From: Chiloscyllium plagiosum
Taxonomy: Eukaryota
Direction: 5' to 3'
Length of the DNA stretch: 22,458 nt
Assembly (NCBI RefSeq): GCF_004010195.1
Contig: NW_025215371.1
Location: 124,001 to 146,458, forward strand
Both the position numbers and the translations under genes were made by a program. The first letter of the stretch is position 1; every line of letters starts with the position of its first letter. Positions 1-9,129 of this stretch are shown piece by piece. The notes under the pieces are model-generated. The model was not told where the DNA came from and ran no database searches. It was given only the letters and a program-made list of their open reading frames with translations.

Positions 1-436
1 GGAGGTCCTCCTGGGTGGGACGGTCACAGGCAGGACTTCCCCTTTCCCCAGGACCAGGAGTGAGACCCATGACACTAGATCATGCCTCCCGGCTATGAAG
101 GTGCCGCCCAGGTTCGAGCAGTCTCAGCCATCGGGAGGAATGGACAGCATTGTCGGGAGATCATTGTCCTTCTCCATTCCGACAGCATAAGGGGAGAGCC
201 AGGGAGAATCTCAACATTCCCCTTGAAAAGAATGCACAAGAGGCAGCGAGATTTTCTTAACACCAAGAAAGGCGTCTGGAAACATCTTGCTGAACCTACT
301 ATTAATCTCAGCACAGCCCCTGGTGTTCAGATTACACAGAATTAGTTTGGCTGGTGCTTAGAACTAGCAAGGTGGAAGAAATATTGGGGGAGTTAAACAT
401 CGAAGGTAAAACTACAGGAGAAACTTTGTGCTTGAT

Positions 437-545
437 ATCAACAGATATGCGAGAAATTGCTGGCAAAACCTATTGGGTCTCCTAGCATCTGTAGGAAACA
501 AAAAAGCGTAGTCAGCATTTCAGATCTGGGGAATTTTCATCATCT
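437..545. mobile_element. Short, degenerate Penelope-like terminal fragment
   Basis: 'gagaaattgctggcaaaacc...gcatctgtagg...cagcatttcagatct' resembles the 'tgctggaaaagcncagcaggtcnggcagcatc' terminus seen at 2808-2905, 13193-13262 and 13703-13772. Confidence 0.35.
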
Positions 546-1981
546 CTTACATAATTGACCACGTTTTTGTCTTACCATGAATTACAGTTACCAGGACCTT
601 ATCTTACAACAGTCCTCGAGACGTGCATGTGTCCTCATCCCTCAGCATTACAGACTGAGAGGATTCCGTGTCGCTTAATATGATCACCTTCTTACGTACT
701 ACTCTTGGCCTATGTGAATAAACTTTATTCTTGCATGTATATTTTTTATTCAGATCTGGCTCTTCCTTTTAATCAATTTCTGATCATCTTATACACTCTC
801 AGGCAGTTGTCTAACTTCCCTCCTGATATTGTTACTAGTCCAACAAAACCTCCAGGCTTGTCTGGTTTTCTCCTCACGCACTTTATTACAATGAAAACAC
901 CGGAGTCTTTAAACTTCCTTGCCCCCCTCAAAGGTATCCTTTTTATCCTGTGGTAAGTTATCCTTTTGATCTTCACTTAGATCTACCTTTCTCTTTCCAC
1001 CTGAGGATTTCTCTTTGCCCAGTTTCTCTCCCTCGTGGACTGAAATTGATTCTGAAATCCAAACCGAGCTTTATGGATCAGCTCATAATCATCAGCCACT
1101 TCAGCTGCTAACCTCTCTGCTCTTCCACATGAGTTTGCATTACTTCAGGCAGTGATGTTTTTATTTCCTCCAAAATAATCATCTCTCTAAAGGCATCATA
1201 GGTTTGCTTGATTTTTAAAGTTCTTATCCATTTATCGAAATTACTCTGTGTGATCCTTCCAAACTTAAATATGTTTGACCTGCGTCCCTCCACAGATTCT
1301 GGTACAAGCTCGCATGCACTTAAAATGTGTTTTTTTTCACCTCCCCATACTCCTCTGATACATCCTGTGATAGTGCTGCGAACACCTCATGAGCCCTACC
1401 TATAAGTTTCATTTGGATCGACAAAACCAACATTAACAATGGTCACTACTTTTGTTTAGCCACCTTTTCAAATGATTTGAAAAAGGCTTCCACATTCTTC
1501 TCATCAAATTTAGGCAATGCTTGAACATACGTGAACAGTTTCTCACCGGACGTCTTACTATCAGGTACTTGCTCATCCTCACTAAGCCTACCCACAGCCT
1601 TTATCTCGAGCCTTTTGCGATGACTTTCCTTTTTAAGTGTCTGTTTTTTAAGTTTAAAAGCTCTCTAGTTTTCCCTCTCTTCTTTTTATGATCGTAACTC
1701 AACCTGTTTCATTTCTGCTGCCCTTTTATTATCTCTCACCTCCAACTCAAGCTGCTTCATTTGCAATTCAATTCTTGCCATTTCTTTCATTCTGATGGTT
1801 TCCCCAGCAAGTTTAAATGCTGAGCTACTGCTGTAATTATCTCTCCTTTCCTCACAGAATCAGACACTTCCAATTCCAGCTTCTCTGTTAATTCTTGCAA
1901 CTTTGTCTTACTCACTTTTTGCAAACCTTTCAAAGATACTGCATTTACATCCAGAAAACCATTGGCGACTGAAAGAGCTAT
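546..1981 (-). pseudogene. gag: gag-pro pseudogene with SCAN-like capsid C-terminal region and degenerate aspartic protease (DTE in place of DTG)
   Basis: Motifs as above, broken by frameshifts and stops. The likely start codon has decayed to ATA (~1981). ORFs 1108..1293 and 773..976 overlap this remnant. Confidence 0.8.
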
Positions 1982-2054
1982 TAGTATCTCAAGCTTTGTC
2001 TACACAAACAAACCAGCACCAGAAATAAAGACATAAGCACCTACCAGTTTTAGT

Positions 2055-2612
2055 AAGTGTACAAAGAAAATTACCCGGAATAAGATAGCTTGGTTGACTA
2101 CTAGATTTCAAAAAAAGACAAAACATTTATCCACAAAATTGTACAATGAAACACAACGAACAGAATAAAGAACACCTACAGAACTCAAACTATCAAGTTA
2201 TAAATAATTATGCTGTTCTGAATACACACAACAGTCCCAATAAGCAAATTCCCTTTAAAAACAAGTGCTTACAGTTTGAAGTGGAAGGCAGAAGGAGAGA
2301 GAGTTTCCATACAGCTCTCTGTTGAACTTCTCAGTTCAATACTCAACTGAAAACCAGCTCAGTTCAACGAGCTAGAGAGCTGACCATTCCCCTTTCATTT
2401 TACAGGTCACCTCTAAAGCATGACTACTTTGACCTGAAGTCTCATCAGTTTGCACATAAACAGACGGCCTCTCAAAATTGTTTTCATCTCTGTACCAAAC
2501 CAGATTGATTCGAGCTCAGCCCAGTTTGTTTCCCATTTGAAAACAATATCAAGGACAGAGTCTCCTTGAACCAAGGAACAGCTTTTCGAAAAAAATGACC
2601 AACTTTATGATA
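2055..2612 (-). repeat. Probable LTR of the Gypsy element
   Basis: Non-coding block upstream of gag. On the minus strand it starts 'tatcataaag' (possibly decayed TG) exactly where CR1 sequence ends. No PBS or partner LTR is visible, so the inner boundary is approximate. Confidence 0.55.
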
Positions 2613-3290
2613 CTTGCGACTGAAAGTAAATATGTCCTGGATCACTTACACATAGTATTGTTGAGACTGTATCTGGAATACTGTTTAAAGTTTTGGTGTT
2701 CTGATATGAGGAAGACGATATTGATCACATATACTGAATGGACATTCTCAAGATTAATCCCTCAGATAGCAAGGTTGTCTGATGAGGGAAGTCGATCTGT
2801 GTTCCCTAGAGTTGAAGAGTATGGTGCTGGAAAGGCTGCAGCCGGTCAATCAGCATCCCAGGAGCAGGAGAATCAAACTTTCGAGCATACGTTCTTCATC
2901 ATTAAATAGAGGTGGCCCAAGTGGTCTGCGAAATGGGGTGGGGATGAGAGCAAGGTAGCTGGGAATGCAGAAGTTAGATGAAGGTTTGGCGTGATGGTTA
3001 TAGGTTGGACCAGAGGGTGGAGCCTCTTATTCCCACTTTACTTCCCGCCAGCCCTATACTTGCCAATTTATCACTCAGCGCCCTCGCCCCCTCCGCCCCA
3101 CCCCCGTCACCCTCATTCCAAGTGAAGAGCTGATTCTCGAAACGTCGATTATCCTGCTCTCCATATGTTGCCTGGCTGTGCTTTTCCAGCACCACACTTT
3201 TCGAACACTTTTTTCTTGTGTTCCCTAAAGTTTCAACCAATGAGCAATAATCTTAATGAAGCCGATAAAATTCACACAGAGCTGACTGAC
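2613..3290 (+). mobile_element. Old CR1 LINE ORF2 C-terminal fragment, split by a Penelope-like insertion
   Basis: ESKYVLDHLHIVLLRLYLEYCLKFW matches CR1 [26 protein letters not shown]. It resumes at 3216 as LCSLKFQPMSNNLNEADKI, matching LYSLEFRRMRGDLIEAYKI. Confidence 0.75.
2808..3209. mobile_element. Penelope-like non-autonomous insertion with ~100-bp inverted arms carrying degenerate hammerhead motifs
   Basis: 2808-2905 is the diverged reverse complement of 3115-3209. The arms contain TGATGA-stem-GAAA and GAAACGTC remnants. Flanking direct repeat tgtgttcccta at 2798-2808 and 3217-3227. Confidence 0.7.
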
Positions 3291-3299
3291 TAACACAGT

Positions 3300-3572
3300 G
3301 ACATGGTGTATTGTGAGCAGGCAACATTCGGGAGAATCCCAAGATATGCCACAAGGACATCAAGCAGAATAATATTGCCAGGGAAGAATTAGAACTCATT
3401 ACAAACCAAGGGGCCAATCTGTGTGTGAACCTGGAAAACATTGATATATTGTTACTCAGAGCTTCACATCTGTTTTACTTGGGAGAAAGAGGAGGCAGGT
3501 GCAGAATTCGAGAAGATGGACTAGGAAGCTCTTGAGCAGATTGATATCAGATGTGAGCGGGGATTGATGGTT
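3300..3572 (+). mobile_element. Old CR1 host element, left part (EN-RT linker)
   Basis: AGNIRENPKICHKDIKQNNIAREELELITNQGANLCVNLE matches CR1 ASRIKENPKAFYKYIKSKRIARERVGPLKDQGGNLCVEPE. Confidence 0.75.
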
Positions 3573-3660
3573 TTAGAACAAAGAACAAAGGAAATTTATA
3601 GCCCAGGAACAGGCCCTTCGCCCCTCCCAGCCTGAGCCGAACATAATATACTAACAAAAC

Positions 3661-5565
3661 CTATCTGTCAATTCCTAAGCATTTGCATCCCTCTGCTCCC
3701 CAGCTACAGATGCAACTGTCCAAACGCATCTTAAATGAATCTATCGTGCCTGCCTCTACCACCTCTGCTGGCAACGCGTTCCAAACGCACACCACCCTCT
3801 GTGTGAAGTATTTGCAGCGTGAATTCCCCTTAAAATTTCCACCTCTCACCTTGAAAGCATGACCTCTCGTTATTGAATCATTCACCCTCGTTAAAACTTT
3901 GCCTCTATCCACCCTGTCTATAACCTTCATGATTTTGTAAGCCTCAATCAGGTCTATCCTCAATCTCATTTTTTTTAAATGAAAATAAACCTAACCTCCT
4001 GAACCTCGATTCATAGTTAGTACTTTCCATACCAGGTAACATCCTCGTAAACCTTTTCTGCACCCTCTCCAAAGCGTCCACATCCTTTTGGTAATTTGAC
4101 GACCAGAACTGTGCACAGTATTCTAATTGCGGCCGAAACGACGTCTTGTACAATTTTAGCATGACTTGCCAGCTCTTCGACTCAATACCCCATCCAAGAA
4201 AGGCAAGCATACTATATGCCTTCTTGACCACTCTATCAACCTGTGCAGCAACCTTCAGGGAACAATGGACCTGCACTCCCAGATCTCTCTGCCCACCAAC
4301 GTTTCCCAAGTCTGTTCCATTCATTGTATAATCCGCTCTAGAATTAGCCTTGACAAAATGCACCACCTCACATTTGTCTGGATTGAATGACACCTGCCAC
4401 GTTTCCGCCCAATTCTCCAGTCTATCTATATCCTCCTGTATTCTCTGACCGTCCCATATGCTTTCTGCTACTCCATAAATCTTTGTGTCACCTGAAAGCT
4501 TGCTGATCATACTGACATTGCCCTCTTCTAGATAGTTTGTGCATATTACAAACAACAGTTGCCCCAATTGATCAACTTTCTCCATTTCGTGAAACTCCCT
4601 TCAACTCCTACTCTCTGTCTCCTGTTGCTCAACTAGTTCTTTATCCACCTCGCCACAACACTTGCTCACCATGTGACTTCACTTTCTCCATTAATCTACA
4701 ATGGAGAATCTTTTCATACGCCTCACTAAAGTCCATGTATATGACATCAACAGTCCTTCCTTCATCAAACAAATTGGTTACTTCCTCAAAGAACTCTATT
4801 AAGTTGGTAAGGCACGATCCACCCCGCAAAAAACCATGTTGCCGATCTCTGATAAGCTCATTCTTTTCTAAATGTCAATAGATCGCATCTCTCAGTACCT
4901 TCTCCAGCAACTTGCCCACCACCGACGTCAAACTCACTGCTCTGTAGTTACCCGGAATATCCCTACTACGCGTCTTGTACAGGGGGACAACATGAGCAAC
5001 CTTCCAGTCCTCCGGCACCTCACCTCTATTTAAGGATGCCACAAAGATATCTGTCAGGGCCCCAGTTATTTCCTCTCTCGCCTCCATCTTCAACCTGGGA
5101 TGGATCCCATCCGGTCCTGGGGATTTGTCCACCTGAATATTCTCTAATGTACCCAACACATCTTCCCGACTTATGCCAACGTGATCCAGACTAATCAACG
5201 TCTATCTCTAATCTCAAGATTCATCATGTTCCCCTCCTCAGTGAACACTGATACAAAGTAATCATTCAGAATCTCACTCATTCTCTCAGTTACGGCACAC
5301 GGCCTTCCTTCATTATCTTTCAGTGAACCAATCCTTTCTCTAGTTACCAGCTTGCTTCTTATATAAGAATAAAATGCTTTGGGATTGTCCTTAATTCTGC
5401 TTGCTAAAGCTATATCCTGGAACATTTATTTGCCAAACATCATGCCCTTCCTTCAACCAAGTCTCTGTAATGGCAATAATGTCATACTCCCAGGCACTAA
5501 TCCAAGCCCTAAGTTCGTCAGCCTTAAACACGACACTCCTTGCCTTAAATTAGATGAATTTCAGG
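3661..5565 (-). pseudogene. CR1 ORF2 pseudogene (APE N-terminus fused by deletion to linker and RT)
   Basis: KARSVVFKADELRAWISAWEYDIIAITETWL (APE start), DKSPGPDGIHPR, NYRAVSLTSVVGKLLE, SCLTNLIEFFEEV...DVIYMDFSEAY, ISKLSGDTK (decayed FADDTK), FNPDKCEVVHF, RPQLEYCAQFWS. Many frameshifts. Confidence 0.95.
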
Positions 5566-5699
5566 CCACCAGTTATTTTGCTTTCACCTGCTCTCTGCAT
5601 ATTCTTCCCTTTATTCATGTTATCTTCATAATTCTTAGTGTCTCCAGTCTCCACTTCGCTGCCTACTTGTTTTCTCTTCTGGTTCCCAGTCTCCTGCTA

Positions 5700-6145
5700 C
5701 ATTAGTTTAAAACCTCCCCAACAGCAGTTGCAAAAACTCCCCCAAGGACATTAGTTCTGGTCTTGTTCAGATGTTGACGGTTCCTTTTGTAATCCCTAGA
5801 ACCGGTCCCAACGTCCAACAAATCTGAACACCTCCCTCATACACTATCTCTCAAGCTATGTGTTCATTCTGCCTATAGTTTCATTTCTCCGCTGGCTAGC
5901 ACGTGGCATTGGTAGTAATCTCGAGATCACTGCCTTTGAGGTCCTCCCCTTTACGTTCTCTCCTAAATCCCTGAATTCTTCTTTCAGGATATCATCTCGC
6001 TTTCTACTTATATCGTTGGTGTCGATATGCATCAAGGCAACTGGCTGTTCACCCTCCACTTTTATAATGCACTGCAGCCGATCAGTGACATCTCTGACAC
6101 GAGCACCTTGGAGGCAACATACCATCCGAGATTTCCGTTTTCAGC
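5700..6145 (-). pseudogene. CR1 ORF1 C-terminal SGNH/GDSL esterase-like domain (N-terminus deleted)
   Basis: ORF 5856..6125: MVCCLQGARVRDVTDRLQ...VALMHIDTNDI...VISRLLPMPRA matches the CR1 ORF1 esterase blocks CLPGA and HVGTND. Confidence 0.85.
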
Positions 6146-6230
6146 CACTGCCCAAATATAAATTAAGCCCTTACCTTCCCGGCAGCTCTCGCTTCATTCC
6201 TCCTTCTCACCGCATCGCTCTGGCAAATTG

Positions 6231-7930
6231 GAGTCATAGAGTCATAGAGATGCACAGCATGGAAATAGACCCTTGGGTCCAATCTGCCCATGCCGAACAG
6301 ATATCCCAACCCAATCTAGTCCCACCTGCCAGAACCCGGCCCATATCCCTCCAAAACCATCATATTCATATACCCATCCAAATGCCTTTTAAATGTTGCA
6401 ATTGTACCAGCCTCTACCACATCCTCTGGCAGCTCATTCCACACACGTACTACTCTCTGCGTGAAAAAGTTGCACGTTAGGTCTCTTTTATATCTTTCCC
6501 CTCTCACCCTAAACCTATGCCCTCTAGTTCTGGACTCCCCAAACCCAGAGAAAATACATTGTCTATTTATACTATGCCTGCCCCGCATAATTTTGTATAC
6601 CTCTATAAGGTCACCCCTCAGCCTCCGACGCTCCAAGGAAAACAGCCCCAGCCTGTTCAGCCTCTCCCTAAAGCTCAAATCCTCCAACCCTGGCAACATC
6701 CCTATAAATCTTTTCTGAACCCTTTCAAGTTTCACAACATCTTTCCGATAGGAAAGAGATCAGAATTGCACGCAATATTCCAACAGTGGCCTAAACAATG
6801 TCTTGTACAACCGCAACACAACCTACCAACACCTGTACTCAATGCTCTCAACAATAAAGGAAAGCATACCAAACGCCTTCTTCACTATCCTATCTATCTG
6901 CGACTCCACTTTCTAGGAGCTATGAACCTTCGCTTCTCGCTGCTCCGGCAAAATGGTTGGTATAAAATTGTACAAGTCGTCCGGGTGAGTTTAATGCCCA
7001 CTTGCTGTTGAAAGACGGGCAACACTCCCTTGGACATTACTATGAAATGTATAAGTCCTGCAAAGATTTGCTTTCCCAAAATGCAGCACCTCGCATTTAT
7101 GTGAATTAATCTCCATCTGCCACTTCTCAGCTCATTAGCCCATCTGGTCCAGACCCTGTTTTAATCTGAGGTAACCCTCTCCGCTGTCCACTACATCTCC
7201 AATTTTGGTGTCACCTGCAAACTTACTAACTGTACCTCATGTGCTCTCATCCAAATCATTTATGTAAACGACAAAAAGTAGAGGACCCAGCACCGATCCT
7301 TGTGGCACTCCACTGGTCATAGGCTTCCAGTCAGAACAACAACCTTCCACCCCACCCTCTGTCTTCTACTTTTGAGCCAGTTCTGTATCCAAATAGCTAA
7401 TTCTCCATGTATTCCATGACATCTAACCTTGCTAATCAGTCTCCCATGGGGAACCTTGTCGAACGCCTTACTGAAGTCCATGTAGATCATATCTACTACT
7501 CTGCCCTCTTCAACCTTTGTTACTTCTTCAAAAAACTCAAGAAAGTTGGCAGACATGATTTCCCACGCACAAGCCATGATGACAATTCCTAATCAGTCCT
7601 TGCCTTTCCAAATACATGTACATCCTGTCCCTCAGGATTCCCTCCAACAACTTGCCAACGACTGAGGTCAGGCTCACCGGTCTATAGTTCAGTGGCTTGT
7701 CTTTACCGCCCTTCTTATGCAGTGGCACCACGTTTGCCAACCTCTACTCTTCCGACACCTCATCTGTCACTATCGATGATATAAATATCACATAATTAAT
7801 GACAATCCAAAGCGATTTTACAAATATATTAAGGACAAAACAGTAACTAGGGCGAGAATAGGGCCCCTGCAAGATCTGCAAGGCGGTCTTTGTGTGGAGC
7901 CACAGATAATGGAGGATATACTAGCCGAAT
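6231..7930 (-). mobile_element. CR1 LINE 'B', 5'-truncated with 5' inversion, inserted in the 5'UTR of element A
   Basis: Tail (gagtcata)n at 6231-6248. ORF 6316..6735 is the CR1 C-terminus. Also [27 protein letters not shown] and NYRPVSLTSVVGKLLE. 7792-7930 reads INDNPKRFYKYIKDK...LCVEPQIMEDIL on the opposite (+) strand. Confidence 0.9.
6927..7016 (+). repeat. ~90-bp direct copy of 8203-8291 inserted into the RT of element B
   Basis: ccttcgct.ctcgc.gctccggcaaaatggttggtataaaa.tgtacaagtcg.ccgggtgagttt.atgcccacttgctgttg occurs at both sites with only about 5 substitutions. Confidence 0.9.
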
Positions 7931-7934
7931 CCAG

Positions 7935-8228
7935 AGGTAAGTCCATTTTTATGCGGGGACACCTACCCTTGCCGGCAGCCCTCGCTTCTCTCCTCCTTCT
8001 CTCCTCGCCTCTCTAGCAAAATGTAGGCCCGACTCCCGAGGTAAGTACATTTTTATCCGGGAAAACCTACCCTTCCTGGCAGCCCTCGCGTCTCTCTTCC
8101 TTCTCTCCTCGCCGCTCTGGCAAAATGTAGGCTCCACTCACGAGATAAGTCCCTTTTTATGGGGGAAAACCTAACCTTCCCGGCAGCCCTCGCTTCACTC
8201 CTCCTTCGCTCCTCGCCGCTCCGGCAAA
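7935..8228 (-). repeat. 104-bp GC-rich tandem monomers (~2.8 copies plus a partial copy at 6165-6230); probable CR1 5'UTR/promoter repeats
   Basis: Unit starts 'ag(g/a)taagt' at 7935, 8039 and 8143. The array lies upstream of ORF1 in element orientation. Confidence 0.85.
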
Positions 8229-9072
8229 ATGGTTGGTATAAAAGTGTACAAGTCGCCCGGGTGAGTTTTATGCCCACTTGCTGTTGGAGACAAAGGAGGA
8301 AAGGCCCTGTCCCAAGTTTTTAAGTGGAATTTGGTCACAGGAGAAATGCCACAGGACTGATGCGTTTCTTCTTTACCGGAGGTTTGGTACAGATAGAACA
8401 GGGAACACTCGACCAGTGAGTATCAGTTCATTGTTAGGGGTACTATTGGAGAAAATAGGGAAGGAGACAATTGATCTCCATTAGATAGGTAATATTTTAT
8501 CATGGATGTTCAGCATGGCTTTATCAGAGGTAAGTCATGCCCAATGATTGTCTTGAAGTTTTTCAAGGAGTCCATCTTTATAGTTTCTCAGCAAGTCCTT
8601 TGACAAAGCCCCGCGGGGAAACTGACAAATAACATAAAATATGATGGTATCAAGCGTAACCTGGCAAGTTATATCCAAAATAAGCTCGGGCTGTTTACTT
8701 TGGTGCAGATCAGTCTGAGAGGGACGTGGTTCACAACGATAACATTACGAGGAGCATGGACAAGGTGGATAGAGAACAGCTGTTCCTTTTAGTCAAAGGG
8801 TAAAGAACAGGGTGGAACACTTTTAAACTGAAGGGTTTGAGGTTCAATGCGGATTTGAGGATCGTTTTTCACCCAAAGGGTGTTGGGTTCTGGAATGACC
8901 ATTTTCAGAGGGGAGTCGTCACCAGTAAACTCTCAACTCTCACCAGTACTTGGATGAGAACTTGAAGTTCCATGACATTCACAGCTACAGGCCTGGTACA
9001 GGAAAGTGGGAATAATGTAAGTCGAGCTGTGTTTCTGACGGTATAATGTCTTTGTTTCTATGATTATATGGT
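8229..9072 (+). mobile_element. Old CR1 host element, right part (RT start, internal deletion, 3' end)
   Basis: IKVYKSPG / EFYAHLLLETKEE, GNTRPVSISSLLGVLLEKI, QHGFIRGKSC, SKSFDKAP, then a jump at ~8687 to the C-terminus (LGLFTL...MDKVDREQLF). Ends with a ctatgattatatg tail. Confidence 0.8.
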
Positions 9073-9129
9073 TGTGGAAGGTCAATCATTGAGAATCTTG
9101 AGATAGGAATTGATGAGTTTCTGAAATTT

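Larger units (their letters stand above)
546..2612 (-). mobile_element. Decayed Ty3/Gypsy LTR retrotransposon, Gmr1-like (5' LTR, gag, protease; truncated before RT/IN)
   Basis: Minus-strand translation gives ALSVANGFLDV...LQKVSKTKLQELTEKLEL (~1980-1870), YVQALPKFDEKNVEAFFKSFEKVAK (~1530-1455), ILSACELVPES (~1325-1294), FDKWIRTLKIKQTYDAFREMIILEE, a truncated knuckle CFHCNK (~899-882) and a protease-like ILSDTESSQSVM (~681-646). Confidence 0.85.
3573..8228 (-). mobile_element. CR1 LINE 'A': retains 5'UTR, part of ORF1, ORF2 and 3' tail; internally deleted; carries nested CR1 'B'
   Basis: 3' tail (agaacaa)n at ~3575-3590 on +. ORF2 pieces at 3661-5565, ORF1 esterase at ~5700-6145, GC-rich monomers at 6165-6230 and 7935-8228. 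Flanked by atggtt at 3567-3572 and 8229-8234. Confidence 0.85.

Noticed and set aside
2595..2909. 104-aa ORF
   Set aside because: A chance read-through across LTR, CR1 and Penelope-like pieces.
2870..3150. Functional hammerhead ribozymes
   Set aside because: Both copies have mutated CUGANGA cores, so they are reported only as remnants.
5860..7011. Plus-strand ORFs of 206, 85 and 164 aa
   Set aside because: They are antisense shadows of CR1 sequence that cross element junctions.
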